From assembly GCA_964016885.1 (NCBI GenBank), contig OZ024743.1:368714001-368778000 (forward strand): 64,000 bases of DNA. Reading direction: 5' to 3'. The notes below the pieces were generated by a model, which did not search any database, was not told the origin of the DNA, and saw only the letters and a program-made list of their open reading frames with translations. Each line of letters opens with the position of its first letter. The first letter of the stretch is position 1. Position numbers and translations under genes: made by a program. Shown piece after piece: positions 51,461 through 64,000 of the stretch. Source of the DNA: Eledone cirrhosa. Taxonomy: Eukaryota.

Positions 51461-52202
51461 GGCTCTCACCCCCCCCCCCCCCCGCCCAAGCCACGAACAC
51501 CACCACCACCACTGTCCTGCTTCCTCAAATTGACTCTCCCCACTGCATCCAGTACTCTCCCTCATCAACACACACTAATGCAGATACAACATTGCTGCAC
51601 CACATGGAAATACTCACACACACTTAGAAACATTACACATACAACAACAAAAATTTAACCACTTATTAATAAACAAATACGTAGAAACACACACATAGAC
51701 ACACACACAAACACACACACACACGCGCACACACTACACACATCAGCACATATACATGCACATGTTTCACTTAGTGTTGTATAGTGTAGTTGCTATGACA
51801 ATTTAACTGCTCTTTTGATAATATCAAATTCTGCTATTCCTCCTTGAAGATGATTTTCGTTTTTTTTTAATGAACAGATACATATTTGTCACTAATAATT
51901 TATTTTATATTTACAGACAAACCTCACACATATATAATATTAATACCACCAGACACACTTAGACACCATCAAGAACAATGTATAGTCTATTCCACCAACA
52001 TATGTACTGATACAGACAAAAAATTAAAAACACACACATTCATATGTCCCTCTCTTCCTATTTTTCATTTTCTAATCTCTGAACTATTGTCCTCAATTAA
52101 TGAAGAACTAACGTCCAATATATCTTTTTTCTCTCTTTCATCCAAAGCATGAAACTAGTTAGACTAATTGTTTTTGTATCTCTATGTTTGTCATTTTTAT
52201 TA

Positions 52203-52603
52203 TTATTATATACATATATAAGGGGCGGTGGATTGGCAGTATCGGTAGAGGATCGAACGCCATGCTTTCCAGCATAGTTACGTCCCTTTGCGGTCTGAGT
52301 TCAAATCCCGCCGAGGTTAACTTTGCCTTTCATCCTTACGGGGTCGATAAAATAAAGTACCAGTAATGTACTGGGTAATTGCTGGCCTTGTGCCAAATGT
52401 AAAAACAATTATTAGGCGGTGGATTGGCAGTGTTGGTAGAAGGTCGGATGCCATGCTTTGACGCATAGAGTTATGGCCCTTGCCATTCTGTTTTCAAATC
52501 CCACTGAGGTTAACTTTACCTTTCATCCTTACAGGGTCAATAAAATAAAGTACCAGTAATGCACTGGGTAAATACTGGCCTTGTGCCAAAAGTAGAAACA
52601 ATT
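52203..52603 (+). mobile_element. Head-to-tail dimer of family A tRNA-derived SINEs
   Basis: Two consecutive ~190-200-bp copies, each starting GGCGGTGGATTGGCAGT. Confidence 0.9.
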
Positions 52604-53016
52604 ATACTATGTATATGTATATAGTTGGGCCCTTAATTCTTGCTGGAGTCATAGAGGTGCCATAAGGATATACAGCATGTCTTATATCTTCAGAACAGAT
52701 ATAATAAACAAGGTCTTCTTAAATATTTGAGAAATATTCTTCATTTCCCATCTTCATCACTGAAGGCTGGCGACCAAGGACAATTGCACCATTACTCTCC
52801 ACTAGCTCATCCACAGGGTAAATATTTCTCCTATTCTTTCCTTCAAATAGAACTTAGAAATTATTTCTCCACACACCCAACATATATTTTGTCCACATAA
52901 TTTAATATGCACTCACACAACATAAGATACCTATGGGTAGATATATTTCTGTGCATGTCAATGTATGGGAGTATAGGTCTATGTGTGAATCAGGCTATAT
53001 GAGTATGACTAGGTGT

Positions 53017-53190
53017 ATATGATATCTGTCTATATATGTTTAGATACTTGGATATATATGATATCTGTCAATATATATGATTAGATACTTGGATGTATAT
53101 GATATGTGTTTATATATATGATTAGATACTTGGATGTATATGATATGTGTCCATATATATATATATGATTAGATACTTGAATGTATATGT
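53017..53190. repeat. ~40-bp tandem repeat, about 4 copies (TATATGATATCTGTC...TTAGATACTTGGAT)
   Basis: Direct reading. Confidence 0.85.
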
Positions 53191-53759
53191 AATTATGATT
53201 GATATCCTCTCCAAACTACTCATGAATATACTCTTTCTCTGTACACTCTGAAAGTACATGTAATATAGATATATTCTAACCTCATCCCAGTAGAATCTTA
53301 TTTTAAACAGAAGTATTTAGTAATAGAATCCCATATAGTACTTGATACACAAGCCATATTAGTTATAATATAGTTTTATACAGCTAAGTATTCATCATCA
53401 TCATCGTTTAATGTCTATCTTCCACGCTAGCATGGGTTAGATGGGAGTTGTCCCACTTGAGGCAAGATTGGTCAGGTGACCATGTCTCGCTCGTATTGGA
53501 CTATCTGGCAGATTTACAGCTGGATGCCATTCCTAACACCAACCACATTTACAGTGTGGACTGGGAGCTTTTTACCGTGTTACTTACACAACCACATTAC
53601 AGCGTGGACTGTGTGTTTTTTTGTCATGACACCTACACGACCTCATTTATTTAGGACTGGATGTTGTGGTACCAACTTTACAGAAAAAGTGTGGTGTTGG
53701 TGGGAATGGGAGGATGGAGTAGGGGTAGTGGGTTGGGGTGTATATTTGGTTAAGAGGTG

Positions 53760-55290
53760 TCTACTGACTGTAGGTTTCGCTTTGTACATAGGCAAGGCAG
53801 GTCTTCTGTATTACTGTGTGGCGCCAAAGATCTCGGTCTAGTGACATTGTCTTAGAGAGGTGCAAGTGTGTAAGGTCGGAATTTATCAAATCGTCCCAGG
53901 TTTTTCTGGGTCTACCTACTCCGTAACTTCCAGCAATTTTGATCGCCCTGCACTTTTTTATACAGCTGTCGTCTTTCATGCGCATCACGTGACCATACCA
54001 GCATAGCCTTCTCTCAAGTAAACAGCATCTGATCCCTCTTATTCCTAATTTTTCACTAAATTCATTTATGTTTTGCCATTCGCGTATATTACTATTACAC
54101 ATCCAACGGAGCATGCATGCTTCGTTCCTTTCCAGTCTGTGCAGGTCCTCTGCACACAATGCCCATGTCTCACTGCCATGTAGGATTGCTGTTCGTATAC
54201 AGGCATCATACAATCTGCCTTTCATTTTTAGAGAGAAACCTTTTGTGGCCAATAGCGGTATAAGCTCTCTGAACTTTTTCCATCCTGTTCTGACTCTGGC
54301 TACTGTACTTTCAGAGTACCCTCCACCACTGTTGATTTTGTCACTCTGGTAATGGAAATTGTCCACTATTTCTATAGAACCTTCTGGGCAATAGAAGGAG
54401 CTAGTATCCTGTGGGCCCTTGCTACTTATTGCACCTGAGCATCGGCCATATATAAAATCTACATTCTGAGATAGCTTACCTGTGATCCCACTACATATTT
54501 TATGTACCCATAGTTTGCATTTGGGACATAAAATGGAATTTCTACCTACTCCTTTCCTACACACTGAGCATGGCCATTTCCCAGAAGGCACCTGTGCCCT
54601 ATTTTCCTTTCTACATACTAGAACTTTAGTCTTAGACAAGTTAACTTTAAGGCCTTTTGATTCGAGGCGATGCTTCCATGTTTGGAAAATCTTCTCTAGT
54701 TCAGCCATAGATTCAACTATGAGAGTTAGATTATCTGTGTATAGAAGTTCCCATGGGCAGCCGGTCTTAAACTCCTCTGTTATAACCTGAAGGGCAATAA
54801 TAAATAGGAGGGGGCTAAGGACAGAGCCTTGATGAACACCAACATTTAACTAAATTCTTCACTATATTCATTGTTAATTCTAACCTTGCTGACTGTTTCT
54901 TTATACATGGCTTGTATAGCTCTCACAAGCCATTTATCTACACCTAGTTTTCTAAGAGCCCACCAGATAATGGAGCGGGGGACTCTGTCAAAGCTTTCTC
55001 CAAGTCAACAAAAGCTAAGTAGAGGGGTTTACTGTTAGCTAGGTACTTCTTCTGTAGTTGCCGTACAAGGAAAAGAGTGTTTGTGGTACTTTTACCTGAC
55101 ACAAACCCAAACTGCATTTTATCTAGATCAATTCAATCTCTGATTAGTTGTGCTATAACTCTTTCTGTGTCTTTCATGACCTGGTCAACTAACTTAATGC
55201 CTCTATAATTTCCCCTATCTAGAGCATCTCCTTTACCCTTGTAGCAGTTAATGATGATGCTGCTACGCCAGTCATTTGGTATGACCCATT
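53760..55290 (-). mobile_element. RTE-clade LINE RT fragment with a Cys-rich PHD-like insert
   Basis: YKGKGDALDRGNYRGIKL, HQGSVLSPLLF, ELLYTDNL (YADD equivalent), CSVC...CPKCKLWVHKICSG, LHGSETW, GRPRKTW. Confidence 0.92.
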
Positions 55291-56179
55291 CTGTGTTACT
55301 TAGTTTACTATCCATATTATATATGGAATTAAAGAATAGAACCATAAATAATATAATAAGAATTCTACAATGCCATGTTGAGTTGTATATTGTTATATTA
55401 TATTATATTTTGCTATATGAGATGTCTTACTAGATTGTGTTATATTCTATTCATCATCATCATCATCATCATCATTTTAGGTCCGCTTTTCCCTGCTTGC
55501 AGGGTGGGACGGGTCCTCTTCAGCACAGCATCTCTCCATTCGTCACAGTCCCTCGTCATCTCCTCTGTGAGCTTCAGCAATCTGAGGTCTGCTCTCACCA
55601 CCTCCACCCATGAATTTTACAATAGAAATCATCATAAAAATTTTTTTTAGGCAGGAACATGGGCTTCCCTGGCCAACAGGGCCCTGTGCTTAAGTATACC
55701 TAAGCACAATGGTAAATTTGGCACTGGTGAGTACTGAAATAGGTGAATGTGTATATATATATATTTTTTTATATATGCATGGGTATGTTTTTGCATGTAT
55801 ACAAATATACTATGGTTCATTAGGATCTGTAAATGTACCTATAATAGTTGCTACTAAAAAAATAACTATAAAAAATATTATATATATAACATAACTATAA
55901 TCAGACCTAATCTAACTTAAAATAACAATTTTTTACTTATAAAATACCAAGTAACGAACTGAACTAAATCAACATCCAGTATAAATTTATACTCCGTATT
56001 AATTAAAATTAAGCTTTATATGTTTTTGTATTTGCATAGCTCAGAGATCAAAGATTCACTGCAGGTAGAGCTGCTACTTCTCCAAATTGAGATATCAGAG
56101 CTCCAGTACTATGGGCATGTTGTTAGAATGTCTAACAACATGCCAATAGGAGACCCAGGGGTAGACCCCAAGCAAGATG

Positions 56180-56600
56180 GTTGGATAGCACAACATCCAG
56201 TCCGAAACAAATGAGGTCGTGTAGGTGTCACGACAAAAAAAAAACAAAAAAAACACACAGTCCACGCTGTAAAGTGGTAACACGGTAAAAACCTCCCAGT
56301 ACACACTGTAAACGTGGTTGGTGTTGGGAAGGGCATCCAGCCGTAGAAAGTCCGCCACGCGTGTAGGTATCACGACAAAAAAACACAGAGTCCACGCTGT
56401 AATGTGGCCGTGTAGGTAACACAGTAAAAACCTCCCAGTCCACACTGTAAACGTGGTTGGTCTTAGGAAGGGCATCCAGCCGTAGAAAACCCGCCAGACA
56501 GTCCTGAGCAAGACAACCAATCTTGCCTCAAGTGGGACAATTCCCGTCCAGACCCATGCTAGCGTGGAAGATAGACGTTAAATGATGATGATGATGATGA
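56180..56600 (+). mobile_element. SINE 3' portion with internal duplication, inserted in an RTE-like 3' fragment
   Basis: Two ~120-bp units containing CACACTGTAAACGTGGTTGG..GGAAGGGCATCCAGCC, then (TGA)n; related minus-strand copy at 53392-53660. Confidence 0.7.
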
Positions 56601-57099
56601 GCATGGTTGCTCAAGCTTGGGGATCCAACTGGATCAGTTGGAGATGGTTGCTTCTGACAGGACCCACTGGAAGGAGTGTTTGAGGACTCTGCTTCCACGA
56701 CCCTCTCAGGAATAAGTAGGCAAAGAAGAAGAAAGAATGACAAACAAAATCCTTTGCAACATTTAGTTATATTCTGAGTTCAAATCCCATTGGCACTTCA
56801 TTTTACTTTTCACTATTTGGGGAAGATAAAATAAGATGAGTTAACTAAACCATTCTCTGAATATGAGACATTGTGCATATTTAACCATTTCATTACCATA
56901 TTTCAAGAAGAAAAAGAACCACCACTACCACCACCACCACCACTACCTCCACAACTGGGCTGCTAAATATGGTAATTTCACATGTGCTGTATATGCTTTA
57001 TATAAGTTCTTGGGATTGATGCTCTGCCTGTGGCCAACATTGGTGGCCTTCTCAGTCAGGACGAACTCCACATCTTCATTACTTTGTGTGAGAGCCGAG

Positions 57100-57560
57100 G
57101 TCTATGGGGGTCTGAGATGTTGCTGTGGTAGGCCCCTCTACTCCACAGGCCTACATGATTTGTTTTGCTGCCTGAATGCTGGAGCTGGTTGAATTATCCA
57201 GACATGATGGGAAGAGACCAGATGGCCTTACACTTTGTTCCTGGATAAGAGGTAGGTGTCTCATCTAGGACGTCACAGTCAGAGACTCTTTTGCTCCTCC
57301 CACATCATGGATGCCACAGTAAATGCGAGGGCCACTGCTTCTGTTGCTGAACGGAATAAAATTTGGAATTACAGCCTGTAGTGTTCAAGACGTTTGGTGG
57401 AGTTGGGCTGCTGACAGCAAAATTCTTGTTATCGCTGATGGCTCACCTTACTGAGGTGTCAGGTGATGCCTGTGAGGGTGCCTGGCTGTTTCAGCACCTT
57501 AGCCCAGCCATCACCCGTGGTAATGTTGCAAGTAAGCTTACCTCAAAGTATTCCATTGAC
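57100..57560 (+). mobile_element. CRE-like RLE C-terminal fragment
   Basis: RPDGLTL, DVTVRD, PVVFKTFGGVG, WLFQHLSPAITRGNVAS. Confidence 0.75.
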
Positions 57561-60344
57561 CCTTATTATGTGCGGCTGATTGTCACACTTGGTGATGAAT
57601 TGATGGTTGTTTTTGTTTTTGTACCCCCCTTTTTTTTCTTTTATTTTTCTCTTTTTGTCTCTCTCAAAAGAAATGTCATTACATTTGTAATGTTCTTCTG
57701 AACGAATTGTGAGCAATTTATAATGTTATTTACGCATTTGTAATGTTATTTATACAACTATGAATAGAATATATTTCTTTATATATTAATTGTCTTTAAA
57801 ACGCTAAGCCACTGTCTGCACCTACTACTGCTTCTTAAAAACACTTCTATTCCTGCAAATTTAATAACAAACTTTATTTCATCTATATAAAGAAAAATAA
57901 TAACAACATTCTAAATAAATAAATAATAGATAAGTAATGCCTGGTACATAAACCTACTAACTACCACTGGAAAGTCACAAGAATAATAACTAATAACATT
58001 GTAAATAGTAATGACGTGAGAATTGTAACTCAACCTATAGTTGTTCACGGTCAAAAAACTCCATGTATAAAATATGCTTTTTTAATCTAACTGCTTGCTC
58101 TATGATCACTGTTTTGATATTTTATTTATTCTTGAAACCTTTTGAAATTGGTAAACTTTATTCTTTCTTATTTGCTAAGGATATGTGAGTTGTAAGTATT
58201 ATGTATGGTGTAGTTAATTGATAACTAATCGTTTTCGGTTGTTCTGCAAATATATGTGACATTATGACCGTATTGAAACGGACGTAGAAATAAAGGAATA
58301 AATGGAAGTTGTTAACCTTGGTTTTTTGTAATATTAAATATTAATGTTCTGCTCCCTGAATTGTTCTTAACAACAAGATTTTTAACTTGATGTTCAATGA
58401 ACTGAGGATTGTACTGTGCATCGAGCTTCTCATCATAGCAAAGATAATAGTGAAGTACTCCACTATAATCACATATGTTATATATATCATCATCATCATC
58501 ATTTTACGTTTCAGAAGATCCCGTTAAAGGTGAAAGCAGTGATTCTTTGCTTAAACATTAATCTGTTATTTTAATAAATATTTGCTCAATGGTTTTATAT
58601 ATTTTTTTAATATATATATGATCCTTATCGAGCCCTCTTCGGATTTTAGTCTTCACATTTATTATTATTACTATATATATAAATGCTTACACACACACAC
58701 ACATCTATATATATATAGATGTGTGTGTGTGTAATGAATTTTCTTATTGCTTCCATCTACTAAATTTACATACAAAACATTAGTTGACCTACGGCTACAG
58801 TGGAAGACACTTGCCTAAAGTGCTATGTACTGAGATAGAACCCAGAACTACATGTTTGTGAAGTGAACTTCTTAACCACATGACCATCACTGCACCTACC
58901 GTTTCATATCATATGGTATACTAAATTTTATTCTGTACATTGAACATATACAACAAGCACATTCAAACAGACACAGCTGAAAGCTGATTGGTCAAATTGG
59001 AAACTATTATGAAGCCATTTTCAACAAAACAGTAGTTACAATGAAGAAATTGATTTCCTTTTAGAAATTTGACACTATTGTGTTCTGTTTTTTTTTATCT
59101 CTCACTTAACTCCCTCATTGATTTCTTTATTTGTTTCTTTGTTTGTTTTATTTATTTGTTATTTATTCTATTTTTATTCTTGATGCTGACACCATTTCTC
59201 TGTCACAGCATGCAATAATAGTTTGATCAGCTTTTCTTTTCAGCTTATATGACCAATAACTGGTTGAGCTGTTAGTAGTGGTGTTGTTGATAGGTGCATG
59301 GATCTCTCATTGTACACTTTATGAATATGTCATCAAGATACCAACACACAACCCACTTTATACAACATAAGTAATACAGTCTGATGAATAGGTTGGTAAC
59401 CATCAGCAACATGTTGCTGATGGAGTGTTGATTAAGAATTGATATTATAACTACAAGTTACTATGACATCACTAAACTGCTTTTGTTATTCAGAAACAAG
59501 CAAAAAAAACTTGTTTTTGCTGAGCAGCAAACAATACTGTAATTCAGCTTATACTTATGGTAGACATTGACGTATGCTGGAAAATATTTTACCAACAAAG
59601 AAATTTCACGCATTTACTTCTGGGGTTTTTTGGGGGAGGGGGGGGGGTAGATTCAGCTTGGTCTTTGGTTCAGTGATCAATTCATTTTTTTTTATCCTAC
59701 CTACTAAAACAATATTTGATTCAACTTTAGCTCTCTTACCTTCTGTAATTAATTCAATGTAAAGAAATAAAAGAAATCTTTCAGATTATTTTAAATACTA
59801 TACAAGCAAGGCTACTACCATATATTGTGATACTAAATTCTAGTAAAGTCCATGACTCAGTCTTCAGTCCCATTATTTTTACATGATGTCAATATATAAA
59901 GGGCTGAATCCCAAGAAAAATTGGTGTTTATTGTTGATTTTATAGTGGATGATAATTGTTGGATGGCTGAAAGGCTAAGAGGTTTGCTTTCCAGTCATTA
60001 GGTCCCAGGTTCGATTCCACTGCATGGCATCTACATAACCACACACAATCCTGAGTCTATAGTAAATGCTTGTGAGTAAAATTAGGCTGACAGAAACTGT
60101 TTGGAATCACGTTACATTGATGGACTGTATCTGTAATTTAATGAGTCAGACACACTATGTCACACTGAATATCCCTGAGAATTGCATTAAGAATACCATG
60201 TCTGTAGAATTCTCAGCCACTTACTAACCCATTAGATGGACTGAACCTGTAATTCAAAGGGGCCAGATATGTCATACTCTGAGTCATGCTGAATTTCCCA
60301 GAAAATTACATATAGAGTACATGTGTCTGTGGAATGCTCAGCCA

Positions 60345-61203
60345 CATCATCATCATCATCATCATCATAATCATCATCCTTTTATGTCCACTTTTCCCTG
60401 CTTGCAAGGGTGGGATGGGTCCTATTCAGCATCTCTCCACTTGTCACGGTCCTTCGTCATCTCCTCCGTGAGCTTCAGCGATCTGAGGTCTGCTCTCACC
60501 ACCCCCGCCTATGTTTTTCGTGGACTTCCTCTACTGCGTCTTCCCTCTACTGGGATTTCTTGGCACTTCTTTACCCAGCGGTCATCCTCCATGTGCATCA
60601 CATGTCCATACCATCGCAGTCTTCTCTCCAGCACACCACAACTTATCCCTCTTATATCCAGTTTCTCTCTCAACTCATCTATGCTTGGCCGTTCACGCAC
60701 ATTGACATTGCACATCCAACGGAGCATGCTTGCTTCATTTCTCTCCAGCCATCGCATATCCTCTGTAGTTGCTGCCCATTCTCACTACCATGCAGCATTG
60801 CGCATTTCACACAGGCATCATATAACCATCCTTTCATACGCAGGGAGAAACCCTTCTTTGTCAACAGAGGAAGCAGCTCCCTAAACTTCTTCCAACCAGT
60901 CCTTATTTTAGATACTATGGCCTTGGAACCCCCCCCCCCTCACTCCCATGCTAATCTGATCACCTAGGTACCGGAAGCTATCAACCACTTCTATAGAACC
61001 CACCTGCATTTGAAAAATGTGTCTATCATTGCAATTACTACTGTCAGCTCTCCCTGTACATCCACTGCATACGTATTTCTCCCTACCTGCCTGTTAGTTT
61101 GCCTGCTATCCCACTACAACTCTTGTCTACCCAAGATCTGTATTGCGTACATTTTATAGAATTTATGCCAGTTCCTTTCCTACATATCGAACATGGCCAC
61201 CTG
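60345..61203 (-). mobile_element. RTE-clade LINE 3' fragment
   Basis: MLHGSE, LERNEASMLRWMC, RRLRWYGHV, RGSPRKT and (TGA)n tail. Confidence 0.88.
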
Positions 61204-61699
61204 CACGTAATTTCATGAACAGACTGTTCCGTTGATTGAACAATTGAAACACTCATCATTGAAACTGATGGAGGTACATTCCACCCTCACACTGGATAGG
61301 ATGCCCCTCTCTCTATTGCAGCTTACATTCCTTTATCTAGTAACTTTTCCCATAAATTAACTGAACTTAAAAAAATTTCAAGTAATATCTCAAGCAAAGA
61401 CAACAAAATGCAGATCATATATTTGAACTTAAAACCTAGGAGATAGCAGACCAAACTTTATAAATCATATAACCTATGTATGTGTGTGTGTGTGTTTGCG
61501 TATGTGTGTGTGTGTGAAGGTATGTAGCTTAGTGGTTAGGGTGTTCAGCTCCTAAACATAAAGTTATAAGTTTGATTCCCAGTGATGTATTGCATCCTTA
61601 AGCAAGATCCTTTATTTCCAGTCTATTCAGCCAACAAAAATGTGTTGTACCTGTAATTCAAAAGGCCAGCCTTATCACACAGCATCCCTCTGAGTATTA

Positions 61700-63232
61700 C
61701 CAGATATACTCAAATATAAGCCTACCCCCTATTTTATGTCTGAGAAATAGGCAAAATACCAAACACATTATGTTTAAATGGTACAGTTTTGAAATTCTCA
61801 TGAGTGGAGAATATATTTAAGAAGTTTTAATATTTTGATATTTAAGTGTTGTGTAGGATATAATTTTTGTTTTACAACTCCATTATGTGATGATTTTTTT
61901 TACCAAATTTTTGGCTGTTTTGAAGGCCATATTTATTCAAAACATCAACAACAATAGGAAATACAAATTTCATGTCGAAAGTGAAACCGGTTTAAAATTC
62001 ACCTTGAATATAAGCCATCGATTTTTTTTTTTCCACATATTTCTCAGATTATATACAAGTATATAGAGTAAGTTAAGAGTACATGCATTTATGGAATGCT
62101 CAGCCTCATGTAGGTTAATTTCATGAGAAGGCTGTTTCATTGATCAAACATCTGGGACACATCTGGTTTGAATGTCTGTGTGTGTGTAAGTTCACTTTTC
62201 ACTATCCCTTGATTGAACTCCCACAGCCAAAATGTTGTCGCGTCGCTATGTTTGCAACTTAACTCTGAACAATATCAAAAGCTAAAATGGTGTACTTCAT
62301 AGACTTTAAATATTTCAAATGTGAAACAGAGGCGATGTTAGGCCAGCTTTAAATTTGAAACAATAGCTATCTATAGTTCTTTATGCTTTAAATTAATATT
62401 ATATATCTGTTTTCTCAGTTTGCAGATTTTCATAGATTTTTATTAGCTTTATTTTGATACTGTGACATCCCATTGCTTCTATATTTTCCTTTTGACATGA
62501 TATTTATTGAAAATAAAGCACATTAAAAATTAGATTTGTTTTTAAATGTTCTTGTTTTAAAATATTTTCTTCAGTGGGAGGAGCATTAAACAAAGGACTA
62601 GCAACCACTTTTCATAGAATAACTAATATACCACAGAAACCATCATAGGATTGACCAATGTGCAGCCTAGTACAGAATAGTAAAAACAATAAAACAAAAC
62701 TTCATGTATTCAGTTTATTACTTTTATTTTCATATCTATATTAAGAATTATTGTATATACTTGTATATAAGACAAGAAATATGTGACAAAAAAAATGGTA
62801 AAATTGGGGTGACTTATATTCAAGGTCAATATTTTTCCGATTTTCACCAACTTCAAAATTCTATGTGATTAAGGTTCTAAAATATTTTCACTTTCAAAGT
62901 AAATATGATACCAGTTTCATTTTGAAGGTAAATATTACACCGATTTCACTTTTGACATGAAATTCGTATTTTCTATTGTATTTTTTATGTTTTGACGGTC
63001 AGATATTGGTAAAAAAATCATTACTTAAAGGAGTTGTGAAACAAAAACAATACTCTAAATGGCACTTAAAAGACTTTAAATATCAAAACATTAAAACTTC
63101 ATAAATATATTTTCAAAACTGCACCATCTAAACATAATGTATTGGTTATCTGCTTCTGATTTTTTCCCATTTCTCAAACATAGGGGGTTGGCTTATATTC
63201 AGATCAACTTATATTCAAGTATATATATATAG
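61700..63232. mobile_element. Non-autonomous Tc1/mariner(pogo)-like element with long imperfect inverted arms
   Basis: Termini TA-CCAGATATACTCAAATATAAGCC and CTTATATTCAAGTATAT...AG-TA; 61700-62010 mirrors 62925-63232. Confidence 0.7.
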
Positions 63233-63239
63233 TAATTAA

Positions 63240-63850
63240 CTTCCTAGTGCCTATTTAATGATTGGTGCAGTGGATGTTCCTGGCTGATCTCTGCAGAAAT
63301 GCTTTCACCATCTTGTTTGCAAGGTGCAGCTGAAATGTACCACTCAGACAAGAGTGTAGAGATCACACTTCTCTCTTATTAAACACTTTCTCTTGATGTC
63401 TGAGGTTTGGATTTAGGGCTTAATGCTAAGCTTTTGGGGGCAGGTTGAATACAATATGGTTAAAACACAACATGGAAATGCTTGAATAAAGGTGGCACAA
63501 GACCATCCATTTCTGAAGAACAGGGGATAATATAGAAGTGTGGGAGCAGAGGTTAATGTAGTGATACAGAAGGCAAAGATAGGAGAGAATATGTGTGTAG
63601 GCCAGATTTTGGAATGTGTTGTTGAGCATTTTATGCAAATTAGCTGAGGGGGCCATGTTTGAGGATATTGTTTAAGATATCTATGTGTAGCAGCAGAACC
63701 ATCCCAGATGTGAAGGCAACATTCCATTGTGATTCTTAACTGAACTTTTCAGAGAGTTTGTTGTAGTTGGTAGGGTCACTGCAAATGTAGCTCAATGGAA
63801 TAAAATTCTAAAATACCAGGTATTATCAGCAACATATTCTTTCTTCAGAT
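63240..63850 (-). mobile_element. CR1/Jockey-like LINE post-RT fragment
   Basis: MECCLHIWDGSA resembles the CR1-type MEYC.HIW motif. Confidence 0.55.
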
Positions 63851-63901
63851 TGTGGTGTTTCAGACATTTAGGGGAGCTAAGCTATCATTATTAAGATTCT
63901 T

Positions 63902-64000
63902 GGCGGTGGATTGGCAGTATCAGTAGAGGGTCGGACGCCATTCTTTGATGCATAGAGTTACGGCCCTTGCCATTCTGAGTTCAAATCCCGCCAAGGTTAA
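63902..64000 (+). mobile_element. tRNA-derived SINE (family A), cut by window edge
   Basis: GGCGGTGGATTGGCAGTATC...GAGTTCAAATCCCGCC. Confidence 0.88.

Noticed and set aside
52090-52170. Intact hammerhead at the Penelope tail
   Set aside because: GAAACTAGT is present but the CUGANGA core and helix II cannot be formed
58505-58545. Hammerhead-like CAGAAGATCCC...GGTGAAAGC
   Set aside because: Core mismatch and no convincing helix I or III

Overview
AT-rich, microsatellite-dense eukaryotic DNA made almost entirely of decayed transposable elements. The SINE/RTE content resembles a coleoid cephalopod such as octopus (inference). No intact host protein-coding gene is supported. Contents: Tx1/L1-like LINE remnants (0.7-7.2 kb), R4/Dong-type RLE retrotransposons (6.9-8.0 kb and a tandem pair at 15.1-21.3 kb), three CRE-like RLE fragments, many RTE fragments and tRNA-derived SINEs, a Ty3/Gypsy remnant, a Chapaev3-like DNA transposon nested in an RTE endonuclease, mariner/pogo-like and Harbinger-like MITEs, a 4.4-kb 26-bp satellite (source of the spurious 1471-aa ORF) and a CpG-rich promoter-like island at ~22.8-23.9 kb. 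The most interesting signal is a set of minimal hammerhead-ribozyme motifs, probably Penelope-associated. Two identical copies sit in a 302-bp inverted repeat (21427-22217). A diverged relative at 31546-31587 shows a covarying helix II and the same unusual non-palindromic GAAA-GAAC-UH helix III. Family calls come from motifs read by eye, and boundaries are approximate.
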